A stretch of DNA of 64,000 nucleotides, from assembly GCA_043228905.1 (NCBI GenBank), contig JBHGNT010000007.1:21762001-21826000 (forward strand), written 5' to 3'. Each line of letters opens with the position of its first letter. Positions within the stretch are counted from its first letter, which is position 1. Made by a program: the position numbers and the translations under genes. The DNA is from Azolla caroliniana (Eukaryota; Plantae; Polypodiophyta). Shown here in pieces: positions 9,833 through 23,900 of the stretch. The notes under the pieces are model-generated. The model was not told the origin of the DNA and did no database searches. It saw only the letters and a list, made by a program, of their open reading frames with translations.

Positions 9833-12800
9833 ATGGACCACGCGCTCTCCCCCACTCGCCACTTACACACGTCTCTGCAGGTATGGTTGTCTTTATTTTC
9901 TTTGCTTTTCCGGGTTGGAGGTGTTTGGTGCTGTCAAAGAAACCATTTCCGATTGCCATTCTTTTGAGAGTTTTGTTAGAGGTGTTAAGTGTTCTCAGAG
10001 GAACAATATTCTCACGTTGCATTTTTATTTTAGGGTTTCAGTTAGTGGTTTTAATGTATTCAAAGAAAAAAATTCTGGATTGCATTTTTTATAGTTTAGT
10101 TAGATTAGTGTTCAATAAACAGCGACGGCTGAAGTTATAGGGTTAGTTTAGATGAATTGGCGCTCTCAAAGAAACAAGTTCAGATTGCGTTTGTCAGAAC
10201 CTGGTTAGAAGTTTCAACGGTTTCAAAGAAATAAATTCAGATTGCATATTATGTGGTTTACGGTCAGAGATTTAAGTGCCGAAGACTAATGGACGAATAT
10301 TTTAGGGTTTGGTTAAATTTTTTATTTTTTAAAGAAGCGTTATTGCTGAACTTCAGGATTTGGTTAGAGTTGTTAGCAATCTCAAAGAAACAAAATTCAG
10401 ATAATCATTTTTCAGGTTTGATTAGAGGTTTTAGCGTTTTCAAAGAAACAAATACAGATTGTGTATTCTATGGTTTGGGATTAGGGATTTCAGTGTTGAA
10501 GAGTTATGACCGGATCTTTTAGGTTTTTGTTAGAGATGTTAGTGTTCAATGGAAAGTTGTGGCGGAACGTTTAGGGTTTGATTACAGATGTTAGCGTTCA
10601 AGAAAGAATTCAGACAGTGTCATGACAACTTTCTAGGGTTTGGTTAGAACTGTTATGTAGAAGATTTTAAAGTGTTCAACATGCATCGACGAGATTTTGG
10701 TTTGGGATGTAGATATGGTAAGAAGTTTCAAAGAACTCAGACTTTATCTTTTAAGTTTCTAATCTCTTCTTTCACATTTCAACGAGTTGAACAAAAGTTG
10801 TAAAGAACTCAAGACTGCAAATTTATGTGGCTTTTACGGTTGAGTTTTAGAGCAGTGACTGTATCTTTTTAGCCTCTACGACTTGACTAGTAGTGATAAA
10901 TGAAGGTTTTAAAAGAAAAAATTCTCACTATCCTTAGGGTTTGGTTAGAGCTTTTGGCATGCGAGAAAGAAGTAATTCAGACTCTTTATCTTTTGAGCTC
11001 ATAAGCTTTGGTTGGTCAGATCTGTCGTGATGCGCAAAGAAATAATATAAGGATTTCAGATTGTAACCTTGTTAGTGTTCAAGAAAGAATTTTTGACAGT
11101 ATCTATTAAGGTATGTAATGCTCAGTGAGATTTGGAAATCAGAGTTCAGGATCTCAATTTTGGGGTTTGATTTGAGACCAATGTTCAAGGAAAAAAATAC
11201 AGATTCCATCTTTTTTAGTTTCCATGGTTTGGTTGGAGCTGCAAGAGCGCTTGATAAAGATTTCGGAACATATATTTTGAACATTTATTAGCACATGTAT
11301 TATGTCTCTGTTAAATCCATACGCAACAATATCCAGAATTTATGTTTTCTGGGGGTGCGGCTAGCATTGTATTTGTTAACTCTGTGATTCTTGGAACTTT
11401 TTCCAATTCATAACGTCCCAAGTATTAATGACAGGAGCTCAAAGGTCTACAACCGCAGCTTTACTCTGCAGCGGAGTACTGCGAGGCCTCATACCTCTTC
11501 ACTGATCAAAAGAAAGTGTAAGGTCAAGTTTCATGTGGACATTGTTAGGGTTATCCTTTGTATATGTCAAAGGAGGGCTTCTTAGTCATTATTGGCAAGA
11601 GGAAATGTTTTGGGCAACTCATTGATCATCTCTCAAAAGAATAAAAATATGAGAGACAAACATCATCGTATTTTCCAATAATCCTATACCTACAACATAT
11701 TATACTCTACAGATAAGAGATCACTAGAAGATCCATTAAAGAAGGTATTTTGATTTATTTAGGGTGCTGGAAAACATGAAAGATTATGCAGTGAAGGCTC
11801 TTGTGAATACAGTAGATCATTTGGGAACTGTTGCATACAACATGAATGAGGTCCTATATCTACAGATCAGTGAAATATCTTCTACTGGAGTCCGGGTTGC
11901 AAGTCTCGCACAGGTATGCATTGAAGCTTTTTCTTCACAACAAAGAAGGAAAAATTCAAGCTTATTATACTTGGTTATATACCAACTCTGTGGTGGCAAA
12001 TAATTCATGCACGTAAGATGTTACAGGCATTTTGGAAAAATTTGGTTTGAAACTGATAAAACATCTCATTGGCATCTTGGAAGGATGACAATTAAACTTC
12101 ATCAAATGATACTAAGCTTGAGTTGGATATTGTATGTAGAGGGTGCATACCTGTAAAAAATATAAAGATCTGGAAGTACTTTCTAATCAATGGTCTAACA
12201 GAGCTAATCAGAGATATCACAAGCACTATCTTCCACCAGGTAGAGCGTCCTCACTCATCATTGAAAAGTGTATATGGATGGCGATTCCAACATTTTGATA
12301 GTTATTGTCATTATGACACTAGATGCTATGCATAATTACAACGAAAAACAGAAAGGAAAAGTGGAAGAAAGGATCGATGAATCTGAGATTTCACGATCAC
12401 ATCCTGGTATACATTCCATTGAAATGGTTTTCATGCAGTGCCTTTGCATACAAAAGATGCTACAGAGCCTGAGATGTTTTCATTTGTGAAATGGATTTGT
12501 GTTTGGTTTATATGTTTTAAACATCCTTGGTAGTCATACAAGAGGCTGGAAAAACCTTGTTGTGGTATTTAACAGCTGAACATCCCATTTCTCCGAAAAT
12601 TGCTACTCCAATACCACGAAGTACTAATAGGTGAGATTAGTTTTTTTCGAAGGACGTTGTACTAGTTTGGGTGGTTCTATCTAGGATGAATATCTTGAAC
12701 TGTTTTTTTTCTTTCTATTACCCGAATGCAATTATTGTAAAGCAGGGTTCCATCTTTGAGCATTGCATCTGAAAGCCCCGTTTCAGGTGAATGAGCTTAG

Positions 12801-12960
12801 CCACAGTGTTTTATATTTATTTTCTTTTTTCTCATAATTTAAACCATTTGGTTCATCAATATAAAATATCCATTCGCATCCCCAATTGATTTGTCAGGCC
12901 CATCAAGTATAGGCAGACCATCAAAGTTTGCAACTGAGTGTAATAATCACATCCAAGTAT

Positions 12961-12996
<36 letters not shown>

Positions 12997-13976
12997 CACT
13001 ACTAGAACTCTTTTAGCTTAAGTTATTTTTACTTTACTTTTATTTTAGTTTTGATGATTGGATAAATACCAACTGTCTCATGGGCCAATTTTGGCCTTAG
13101 AAGATGTTAATATATCTTTCTTTCGTTCTTTCTTTCTTTCTGTCTCTCTCTCTCTCTCCCCTCGACATGAGACAGGATATTGGGGCACAGGCGAGAAGAC
13201 TCATGGACTGTGCATATTTTTCCCTGAACAAGTTCAGGAGTCTTGAGTGTCACACTTTGATACAATGTTATAATTTTGACTACATTTGAGTATTCTTTCC
13301 ATGCATTGTCAGTCGGATATACTCCTTTCACAATTCCTCTAATAGTTACAATGTACACACTCTCAATTCTTGAGCATCATTATCATTACAATGTGCATTC
13401 TCAATTCCTCGTATGTGAAAATGTTTCACAGTTGACCCCATAGGTCATATTTTACCTTATCAGGACAATAATAAAATGTGTATGTGTGTGTCTATTATAG
13501 CCTCACATGCTTGTGGTCTCATAGGCCAATTTTCTCTTTTGAAGGTATAATATAACATTTTATTTCTCTCTCAAATTGCTTATGTAATTGCAATCCATGG
13601 ATGTAGAATTTTCTGAGCTATTAAGAAACCTGAAATTAAGAAAAAGGTATATTGATTGATTCCTTCCAATTTTTGGAAAACAATTGAGGAATAACGTGGA
13701 GATTAAAACATCTATATATACTGTGTTGTAAAATAGATAAACAGATAAGAATTTTGAGACTATCTCTTATGGAGCTACATGTGACTCAAGGAAGGTAAAA
13801 ATTGCTAATGCTTTGTTTCCATTGGTACTCGCCAGACCTCTTCCATGGTTGTTCCGAAGCCTACAGGAACTTCACACATTTCTTCGGATGAGACGTTCGG
13901 CTGTCATGAGCGAGGAAATACATCATCCCGACGCAGAGGTTTTCTTTCATCTCTACTCAGGAGAACACACAATTAA
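9833..13976 (+). CDS. ABIL: ABIL (ABI-like, SCAR/WAVE complex subunit) family protein, multi-exon
   Basis: Phase-consistent GT-AG exons: 9833-9880 (MDHALSPTRHLHTSLQ), 11435-11517 (ELKGLQPQLYSAAEYCEASY), 11763-11913 (LENMKDYAVKALVNTVDHLGTVA), 12140-12239 (..RYHKHYLP), 12323-12406, 12576-12630, ~12746-12786, ~12898-12956, 13836-13976 (..SRRRGFLSSLLRR*). The 3' exon structure is less certain. Confidence 0.9.
9930..11240. repeat. Degenerate ~58-65 bp minisatellite filling ABIL intron 1
   Basis: Recurrent TCAAAGAAACAAATTCAGATTGC...TTTAGGGTTTGGTTAGA units, e.g. at 9934, 10060, 10166, 10223, 10382 and 10440. Confidence 0.75.
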
Positions 13977-16900
13977 CTTTCGATGCCATCTGTATGTGGA
14001 ATAGAGTTTTGTATATTTCTAACCCAGAACCATTGGTGATGTTAAAAACTATCACATCTACAAGGATGTTATGTAGTATACTTACATGTGTTACAAATGT
14101 GTAAGTTTTGGATAATGATGTTGGCCCATCTTTACCAAGTGCACCATTTAGTGACCACTGATATTGCTTTGTCCCGAAGTTGATGTCGATACTCTCAAGG
14201 ATCGACCATTCCTTCTTGAGAGTATTGACATCATGTGGTACCATTGAATGGGAGTGTTTAGTCCGCAGTCAAATGTAAAAATCATGTATGTTTGGAAAGA
14301 TGCTGGGTGGGCCAAATAGAAGGTGCATTTCTACTTTTATTAAAAAATACACGAAAAACCATGTAAAAAGCAATATATATTTGGAAAGGTATGCGTCACT
14401 AGTTCATATTTCAAAAAATGGACGTGGAATAGGACAATGCTAGGCTTTGAGATTAGGCAAAGCAATGAATGCAATTTGTCAAAGTTCATCTTCATTGTGA
14501 AGATGTCATGTCATTCTAGGCAATTTTTACATCGACATCTAGTAAATGGTAATCCAAAAAGACCCACGTTTTGTGAAGGTGTGTTTCGATTCGGGAACAA
14601 GTTCTTCGATCGTGTATCCACGATTCCTCTTATCTTAATGGGAAGCGACCTTTACTTAGGCGGGGTTACTTAGATTACAAGGAAACGAGTGATGGTATGC
14701 ATGATGATTATGTGTGAGTATCATTAGCATGTTAGTAAATAAGGCCTCAGAAGGGGGCTTGTTAATCAAGAACGATACTCGTTGGCATGTAAGTAAATAA
14801 GGCCTGAAAAAAGGGCTTGTTAATCAACAACGTGCATTGTTTATGAATGTTTGAGTTATATTCGATATGAGCATTTCGGCATTGTCGAGTTACATTGTTA
14901 AAGATGATATTTCATGAGTGTTTTGTAATTCTGTATTGCACCCCAAGCCTAGGTTTAATGTTCAATAACGTAACATGTGCACTTGTCTATGGCCTCTGGT
15001 TTATTTTCAACAGTTTGTCAACCTCTTTTTCGGTAGTCGAGGATTTCTTTTCTTTATTTTCATGAATTAGGTAAAGGGTCCCAAGAAAAGGAGTATTTGT
15101 TTACACAAAAAAGAAACTTTTGAATGCAAATCAAGTTATTTTATCATTCTATTGATTGCATTTTGATGCAATCGCCACATCCAATGCAAAACATGAACTG
15201 TTCGTGAAGGAAAGCTTAATAAGAAAACAAAGCATTTAATATTAATATGTTTCTTTTGGTGCAAAGTGATTTGATAAAAGCATATTTATTCTATCTTATT
15301 CTGAAAATAATAAATTGTTTGTTGAGGTTAGTAGTATTTGCTTTAAGTGGATTGAACAATCAAATACTTATGTATGTTAATTATGTTGCCAATGTATGAT
15401 TTGTGTTGATATACTTCCATGTGAAATAAACATTTTGCAATACACGAAACAACTATGCCTAATCCATATGTTGTGAAATTTAAAATATAGGGCATGAATC
15501 AGGATGAAAGATGATACTCTATGAAGATTTGGGCAAATCCAAATGATATAAATTAGACATACTTCACACCCTAACAACTATGATCAAACTTGTATTTGGC
15601 ACAACCTGCTTATTCAAATATTATTCTTGAATAGTACAGTCAAACAATCACACATGAATTTTCAGATTAAATTTGTGTTTGTGATGCAATTTGAGACAGG
15701 AGGAAGTAAACCTGCCATAATACTACTCAGTTGGCCTTCGTGGAAATAAACAGTACTAGTGCTTCAACCCATGCTAGGAGTTCTAGTTCCATGCTTACAT
15801 ACCTCCCAACTTTTTAGAGAACTTTACGAAAATAAACAGCTAAGAGAGAAAGTTCAATAAATGGAATTTAGCATGATCTTTGACAATCAAATACATTATG
15901 TGTGTGGGTTGGTTATTGACTCTTAACGTGTAGGAAGTTACTAATGAATGTTGCAATTGAGAGCGGCACATGGTGGTTGAGGGAGAAAAGTGTGTCGGAA
16001 ATCGAGGCCAAGGTTATAAGTCATCGTCCTTATCCAATGTCATCGTGATCGAATAAGTCAAGGTTGTTTTTTTGGATTCATACTATGTAACTCAAGTACA
16101 TGCACCTATTTTCAAACCTCAACTTATTATTGTCTTGCATGTTTATGCCTAGATCTAAACCTCTAGTTATAGGAAGAGATAAATGTATTCTCTACCAATT
16201 CCTTAACCTATAATTGGAACATCTGCATCACTTCTTATCATTACAATGCTACACTGGTGATTATATAAGATGCCTCACAAACATTCAAATTTGTCTTCAC
16301 ACACTAAGATCACAAAAGCATGCATGCATACATCAATTGTTGATGACATACCTTGATATCAAATAGTTGTTGAAAAATCAGAACTCGAAGTGCCCAAGTA
16401 CCCTTCAAGTTGAAGATATGAAAGCTAATATAATTGTATAGTTCTTTTTAATCCTATATTGAAGTCATATAATTGAAGCTCTACATGGTTTTATTTCGAA
16501 GAGCAATGTCATTGAAATTGGATATCATTGGATCCATCAACAAGTTTAAGGAGGTGGACTACCTTGTATTATCGAATGCATCGAAATGTTTAACGATGAT
16601 TCGTGCTTTGAAGTTCAAAACATTTTAAGTCAAGAATGAAAGAGTTAAATTGGAACTTGTACAGATAGGTTAATGGAAATTTGTTAACCAAGCTACTTAA
16701 TGTTTAAAACTTCATTGTCGGACCTCAAAAGGATGGATTGATAGCATCCACTAGTTGATGAGATCTAATGTATTTTACAGCGATGATGATCACTCTACAT
16801 AAAATATTATCACACCTTTACTGCCTATAGATGCAAAAGCCCTGCTATATGTATCCCCACACACAAAAAAATGCAACAAAATCATGTTAGAAAGCTCGGA

Positions 16901-17062
16901 TAACATCCCAGAATCGTTAAATTCGTGAAGAATTCTCTAAAATGCCCCCCAAACAATGATGATTCGGGTACACGGATAATGGCAGCCTGGCTCGAGAGAT
17001 GTGAAACTTAGCCATAGTTTCGCCAGAACTCGGGGATGATTTAACATAAAAAGACATTTGCA

Positions 17063-18638
17063 TCACAATGTTTTTAAGGATAGGGTAACCATGGGGTGAC
17101 AAGCAATAGAAATTGTGATAATTAGAGCGAATGCATGGATCGATAGACTCGGTGTCCGCGAGGCTGCGTGTGAAGAATTCGGATCATCCTTCTTCGATTC
17201 CGATGATTGAAGAGACGAGGTTCCGGGTTCATCGGTCACGTTTACGGCTACTTTCATTCCTTGTTGGCAATGGTTGTCTAGGCCGCACGCGAAGTAGTAG
17301 ACCTTGGTCTCATTCAAGACCAGCTTGGTCTTGCCCCCCTTGTTGGTCCAATTGTAGATCCAATCCTTTCCATACCATATGTTGAAAGAGCAGTTCACAA
17401 ATGTTGAGTAATTCAGCTCGAAGACGGTGTAGAGGCCCCGTTGGTAGTTAAATGCTGCGGGAAATCGATCCAAAAAATGGTGTGGTATTTGCTAGTTAGA
17501 AAATCCTTGAATTGGAGCTTAAACCAAGTTTAAACCAATCAAGCAATCATCAGAAAGACAGTGTTGGCAACTACTTGTTCAAGATCATTGTAACATTTCT
17601 TCAGAATTGTTCATAAAAATCAACACACTTAAGTTTATACAAAAATCTGTTAATATATAGTCTATTCCTTCAATCCTGCCTTATAAACGAATCAAGCAAT
17701 TCCATGCATCCACATGATCCTGCAAGAAGGCTATAATGCTGGAACCACATAAGCTTCAGCTTAAGGTATTAATGATCTTCACATTAAGAATGCAGCTATG
17801 GAAGAATTATATATACACCTGAGCTTAAGGCATACATGATTGCCACATCAAGAATGCAGCTATGGAGACATGGTGTTAAATCTTCCTAATGAAGCTATGC
17901 AAAGCCACTAGCTATGGCGCAAAATATTCCTGCAAGGATAGGGTTTTGGCAACATATGTGTCTGCGTGTGCGCGCTATGTTTGTCTTCCCTATAGTGATT
18001 GGACAGTTTAAGGAAATGCCGATCCATATCTGGATCTATACATGGACTTCAGCAGCAAAGAAGAAATTCTGAAGGTGTATTTGGGGAGAAAGAAAAGAGA
18101 ACATAACTGTGGTGCATTTTGGGGGAAAACATCGGGGCATTTTCAGTGGATTGAAAGGAAATGACTAATTGTGGATTCGATTGATTTACATAACGCAATC
18201 GATTATTCGAATGATTGATTGATTTTACTATTGATTGCCTAATTGGGCGATTGCTTTAAGTGGATGGATCAGATATGAATGCGTTTGGAAGGAGAATCTG
18301 ATTAATTGTGAAAGCGATTGATTTAATGCAATCAAATTTTTGGAGTGAATGATTCATTTAACTATAATTGGGCGATTTGATTTAGGTGGATGGATCTATG
18401 AAAGCGATCGATCGATTGTTCAATATACTTAACTGATTTCGTCGTTGGTTCGGAAGGTGTGGGAGGCGGACCAATCGGAGTAATTGAGGCCAGGGACGGC
18501 TGAGGGGAGCTGCCAGCCGCGATTAGCGCCAACGATGTGATCGGTGGCCAGAATTTGGGGGGGCAGGGCGAAGCAGAAGCACAGGAACGCCATAGCAAAT
18601 GCAGAAGGCAAAGCAACAGGAAGAGCAGGAGCTTCCAT
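17063..18638 (-). CDS. Phytocyanin / early nodulin-like (lamin-like ENODL) protein with signal peptide and likely GPI anchor; 2 exons
   Basis: Exon 1 18638-18434 (signal peptide, TDHIVGANRGW, NYSDWS). Exon 2 17454-17063 (YYFACGLDNHCQQGMKVAVNV, S-rich linker, hydrophobic tail). Phase-1 GT-AG intron. Confidence 0.92.
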
Positions 18639-19089
18639 GGCAGGATACCTCTGTTTCTCTGTTTCTCTGTTTCTCTCTCTCTCTCTCAGAGAATTAATTC
18701 ACCTGCTTCATTAATTAGCAATTTAATTCATCCCTTTCTTTATTTCTTTATTTCTTTATAATTTAATTATTTCCCGGGAGTTGTTTTTATTGAATTTAAT
18801 TATTTTTATTCCAAAATCAAATTGAAAGATTCGACATGGAATCAATCTCCAACGGTTTCCTTCCTCTGTTCCACTTCGATTTGGTTTTTTCTTATTTAGA
18901 ATAATCATTCAATCATATGCTTTTAATGTTTCTGTTTATATCTTTTAACTGAGCCTTTATGTGAGTGATTTAGTTTTTTCCTTCAGTTTATAATTAGTTG
19001 GTTTTATTGAATGATTTGACTGAAATTGTTTGAGTTAAATACCTCTCTCCAATTTAGGAAAGGTAGTTAAAAGAATAGTTAATGATTTG

Positions 19090-19385
19090 AGTAATCAACT
19101 AACTAGCTAATGAACTAATAAACGAACTAGCTAATTAACTAATAAACTAACTAGCTAATGAACTAATAAACTAACTTGCTAATTAACTCATAAACTTATA
19201 AAATAACTAGCAATTTAACTAATAAACTAATAAACTAATAAACTAACTTGCTAATTAACTCATAAATTAATAAACTAACTAGCTATTTAACTAATCAGCT
19301 AACTAGCTAATTAACTAATAAAAGAATCAACTCATAAACTAATCAACCATCAACCACAACTAATCAACTAATTAACTAACTAATT
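19090..19385. repeat. AT-rich (AACT/AACTAATA/AACTAGCT)n low-complexity array
   Basis: Seen directly. Confidence 0.9.
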
Positions 19386-20980
19386 AAATAACAACCCCCC
19401 CCCCCGTACGCGTCGACATAATTGTTTCCAAGAGCCCAATATTGTTTTCCATTCATACATAACAATGATCGAATGAACTGTGTCATCAACTAAGTTGAGA
19501 AACTACACACACACACACACCACATGAAATGCTATTGCGAAACCCTCTTGAGGCCAATTCAATGCATTCGTAGGTAGCAATTCCTAATTGAAAGAACAAT
19601 TGCATGCCTTCTGAGTTTTGTTCCCCTTTGGACCCGAGGCCAACTTCGAAACTTCCATGAATGTTTTAAGGAATGTGGGGTTATCCTTTCTTCAGCTTCC
19701 TAGACAAAAGATCAATGGTCACACAGTCATATATTTCACATGAAGTGACAACAAAATTGGGAAAGAAAACAAGAAATCAACCACATCATCCGGATTCGAG
19801 ACCATGTAGATTGATTGGAAGTTACCCTCTCTTGTCAAGTTTCTCCTTTACGCCCCAAAGAGAGTAACTTCCAACCACCTTGCTTGAGCTCTATCCACAA
19901 ACATTAAAGACATTCACACATGTTACAACCTTCTTTACAAGACTCTACCATTCCCATGATATTAAATGACCCCCACATTAAGACCCTTTTCATATATCAT
20001 AAGTTCTTTTTCATGCTTTTCTATGACAATAAATTTACAATCGACATGACAATGATGATTATCCTTTAATTAATGCATGCAACCATATGGATCCACCCTC
20101 ATACGTGTTTAGACTTATGCATTTACCTTTATACATGTTTTCTGATATACCTACTCCCTCAAGTTTCAACATGATCATTCTATTGGTACTAGAATCCATG
20201 AACAAGTAGAATACTCGCGGCCTTTTCCCTTGCATGACCTTACGTTTGTGAAATGGCAATATATGAGCTAAGAAATGCTAAATCAATGACGATGATTACG
20301 AGTTTTCACCTTCGAACTATGGCTTCCATCATTACTAAAATGTATTACCAATAGAAATTTTTTGAAAGATGGTGTCAAGCTAACTACACCCGATTGTCTT
20401 TGCATGTGTACACCAGACAAACCAATTCTTAATATTAAAACTAAAAGACCATTTTTTTACAATCCAAAGAAGTTCCATTTGGATGAAATGATTTGACAAA
20501 CACTTAAAAATTCAAATAGAATTTAAAACAAGAACACAGGAAACTCGGCCCCTTCAACTAAGAACCCAGGAACAGTGATCATTGATTATATTCCCAAAGT
20601 CGTTGCAAACAGAAAGTAAAGAGTTATTGAATGCAAGTTTTAACATGAAGCATATGCATTCTAATATGAATGGTTGATTTTATAAAATTTAGGAACGGCA
20701 TGAATGATCCAAATGATAAAAAAGCAGTAATATTTTCCAGATGAGTTTTGTACATCTGAAAAATGAAAAAAATGACTTGAAAGTTTCTCCTGGAGTTTCC
20801 AAACATAAATCGAAGGGTTTGACTTTCTTCTTAGCAATGGAAATATTTACATATTTTATACAGTTGCATTTCCATTTTCCAGTTTACAATTGCAAACCGG
20901 ATAGTTTTACAAATTCATGAATTATTCTTGTTTCTTTTGGACATGGAAAACAAATTTAATCGTATAGATATAGTTCTATA

Positions 20981-23900
20981 TCACTGATATGGACAAGATA
21001 GCCTGGCGCAACGAAGCTTTTCTGCATGCGCTTGCAATGTTCTCACTTGGGCTAGTTCAAATTCCTCGGTTTCTCGCATCAATCCTCTGGTCAGCAGAAA
21101 AGAAAAGAAAAAACAGTTATACATTATGTGAATTGCATCACAACCTAAGGCAAGAAGATTCTAAAGAATTATAATAACTGATGAAGCAACGTTAGAAAGA
21201 AAGAAGACTCACCGAATCTTGTTATACTCTTCCATCTGTTTCAATAATTTCTCTTCATTCTGCAACAATAGAGTGAAACATGAGCAATTGTTAAATCCAA
21301 AAATTGCTGCTATAGCAATATGTGTGTTAGGCACTATATAAAGATGTATTCCAGATTTTTGGAATACCCATACGAGTTATAACTTAGTCCGAACAAAAAA
21401 CTGAACTCTAATACCATATTTACAGATAGCGAGAGAGTGTGTACGTGCGAGTGTGTCTTTGGTGCTACAGCACAGCCATATAATATTTACATTCAAGACT
21501 TCTGAAGAATCCATAGTAATTATAGCTTAACCCATCCATAATCAACCTCTAATGCTAGCTATATTTTAAAACCGAGTCTACAAGGAGTTTATTAGAAGGA
21601 TAAATATTTGTTGAAGCTGCTGTCTCGAAAATACCTATTAGATACCCTATCGCTTTTTCTCAAGGCAACATAAGACTACACCACACCTAACATACTGGCT
21701 TGTTGCCATCTCATGGTCATATATGAATGCTTCAGCTAGAAACATTTTTACGATGAGACATAAGAAACTCGCTGAAATAACGATGACATAATGTGGCATA
21801 TCTAACTCTATATTTCCAAATTTAGATGGTCAAAATGTGGGGTTACGAAGACTGTAAAATTAACCCATTTTTATGATTTGTTACGCCAAACACTAATGAA
21901 CACCTAGAAAACAACTGCGCATGGCTCAGAAAGTAGAAAAATAGTACCTTCTTCAAAGACTCATGAAGTATCGACGAGTGTTCTTTGGTTTGTTCTAGTG
22001 CCTCTTTCAGTTGTAGTATTTGGATTCCACCCTAAACCACAAGGCATTACAAGAACTGTTTTCGTCAACTTCCTTGAGGCAGAAATCATGTTGATTACAT
22101 CCGACTCTTAGCAGGAACACTTACCTGATCGGCCATCATTCGCACAGATTGCAATTCAGAACGAAGCAGTAAACAGCTTGATTCCGCCCCCTCCTTGGCT
22201 TCTATCAACTGTTCTCAGAAACAAATCGTCATTCGTAGAGATATGTAAATAGGACAAAGATGTTTTCCGCAGTTTATAAGAGCATTACCTGCTTGTTCTC
22301 AGAGATCAAAACAGCATTAGAACATGTCAGTGTTTCCCTTTCTTTCTGCAATGCGGTTATATTGTGGCTATCCTGCATTCATCAAGCGATTTACAAAAGA
22401 GAACTGATTATATTATTATGTTTCTGTATTTGTAATGCTTCTTTGACTGGTATTTATTATGCTAATAATATGACTAGAGATCTAAATACTTGGGAGTTTC
22501 AAATGATTAAAAACAGAAGCCTCCAATCCAACACACAGACAGGGAAGAAAAGAAATATATTCAGCCTTTGCTGAGTTTGCTAGGACAAACTAGGCAGCAA
22601 TTATTCTCAATTTAACATATACAGTGAAAAAGAGCAGTTTTCCTATAGCAGTTATTGAACTACTTCTTCGGCATAAAAATCCTTTATTTTAAACTGATTG
22701 TGATAAATAAGCAATATGGATGGACAGATAATGAGCATTTAGCTTAATTCAGATCTTGGCATTATTTTGATTTTGGCATTATTTTGATTTTGGCCACCCC
22801 AAAACATATATGCAACTGTAAGACAACCCAGTTGTATATAATGTTCCCTATAAAGGATGAGTTACCTGCTCAATCTGTCTGACTTGACAGCTTAGAGCAT
22901 CTTCCAGAGACTTCATACATTCCTGGAGAGAAGCAAAATACATTAGAACAAATAGGATGATGAGAAAAATTCTCTAACAAAAAGGACTTAAAACAACATT
23001 TTTACCTTTGAAGCACCCAAATCAGTTAGTAGCTTGTCTACTGTCATTTGCCTATCTGCGATTTCCTGTTTCCTGCATCCTTGAATGAGTCAAACCAACC
23101 TCACGATTCAAAATATTAAGCTCAATGGACTTCATAGATCAGATAGCAAATGTACTATAGCATATAGCTTTCTGATCATTCATGTAAAGGAATAATTGAG
23201 ATGCTAGAAGATTTAATAAGCGAAAAGAAAACTCGGCTGTTCATCATTGAAGTCAAACCATGTTTCTATATCAAATGGGTATATCCAACAAGAAAGATAA
23301 TTTAGATTAGGGAGTTATCCAGGATAATGAACATCTTACAAAGATCTAAAAAAATTGATGATATTAAATGATACACTATTACAGAACTTGCGGAATTCAG
23401 AAATGATAAAAAAATTCAAAGACAAGTGCAACTTTCAAACTCAATCTCATAGTGATGTATATAGCCCTAACCTTCAGAAGAAAACTTTTTTCTGCCTCAA
23501 ATCTAGAGCTGACTTGCTTCAAAGCTTCCATTTGCTTCTCCAGTTCTGTTTCTAACGCTTGAACCTGTATTCATCCATGAATATAAATTGTTTGAAAACA
23601 AATTTCAACTGAGCTTAACCCATTTATGATTTTCTTAGGAGGCAGTTACTTAACTTCTTTTAAGAAACCAAAGTGGCCTATGAGACCAAACGAAAGATTC
23701 TATCTAAAAATGATGTCTCGTTTTGAGAACAGACCAAAACAAATATCATTAAAAATATAGGGAACAAAAGAATCTAGATATGTATGTATGCACTATTGTT
23801 AAAAATACAAGAGTTAAGAAAGATGACCATGTCATGTCTTGATATCTTGTTGATGTTACAGACACGGCCTTCAGCAGAGATGTTCCAAAGCTATTTTAAT

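Noticed and set aside
14720-14835. Two ~59-bp tandem copies (a similar pair at 17760-17870)
   Set aside because: Ordinary local duplications with no further structure.
19450-20360. Short ORFs between the phytocyanin and Kelch genes
   Set aside because: No recognisable domain or splice pattern; possibly an old TE remnant.
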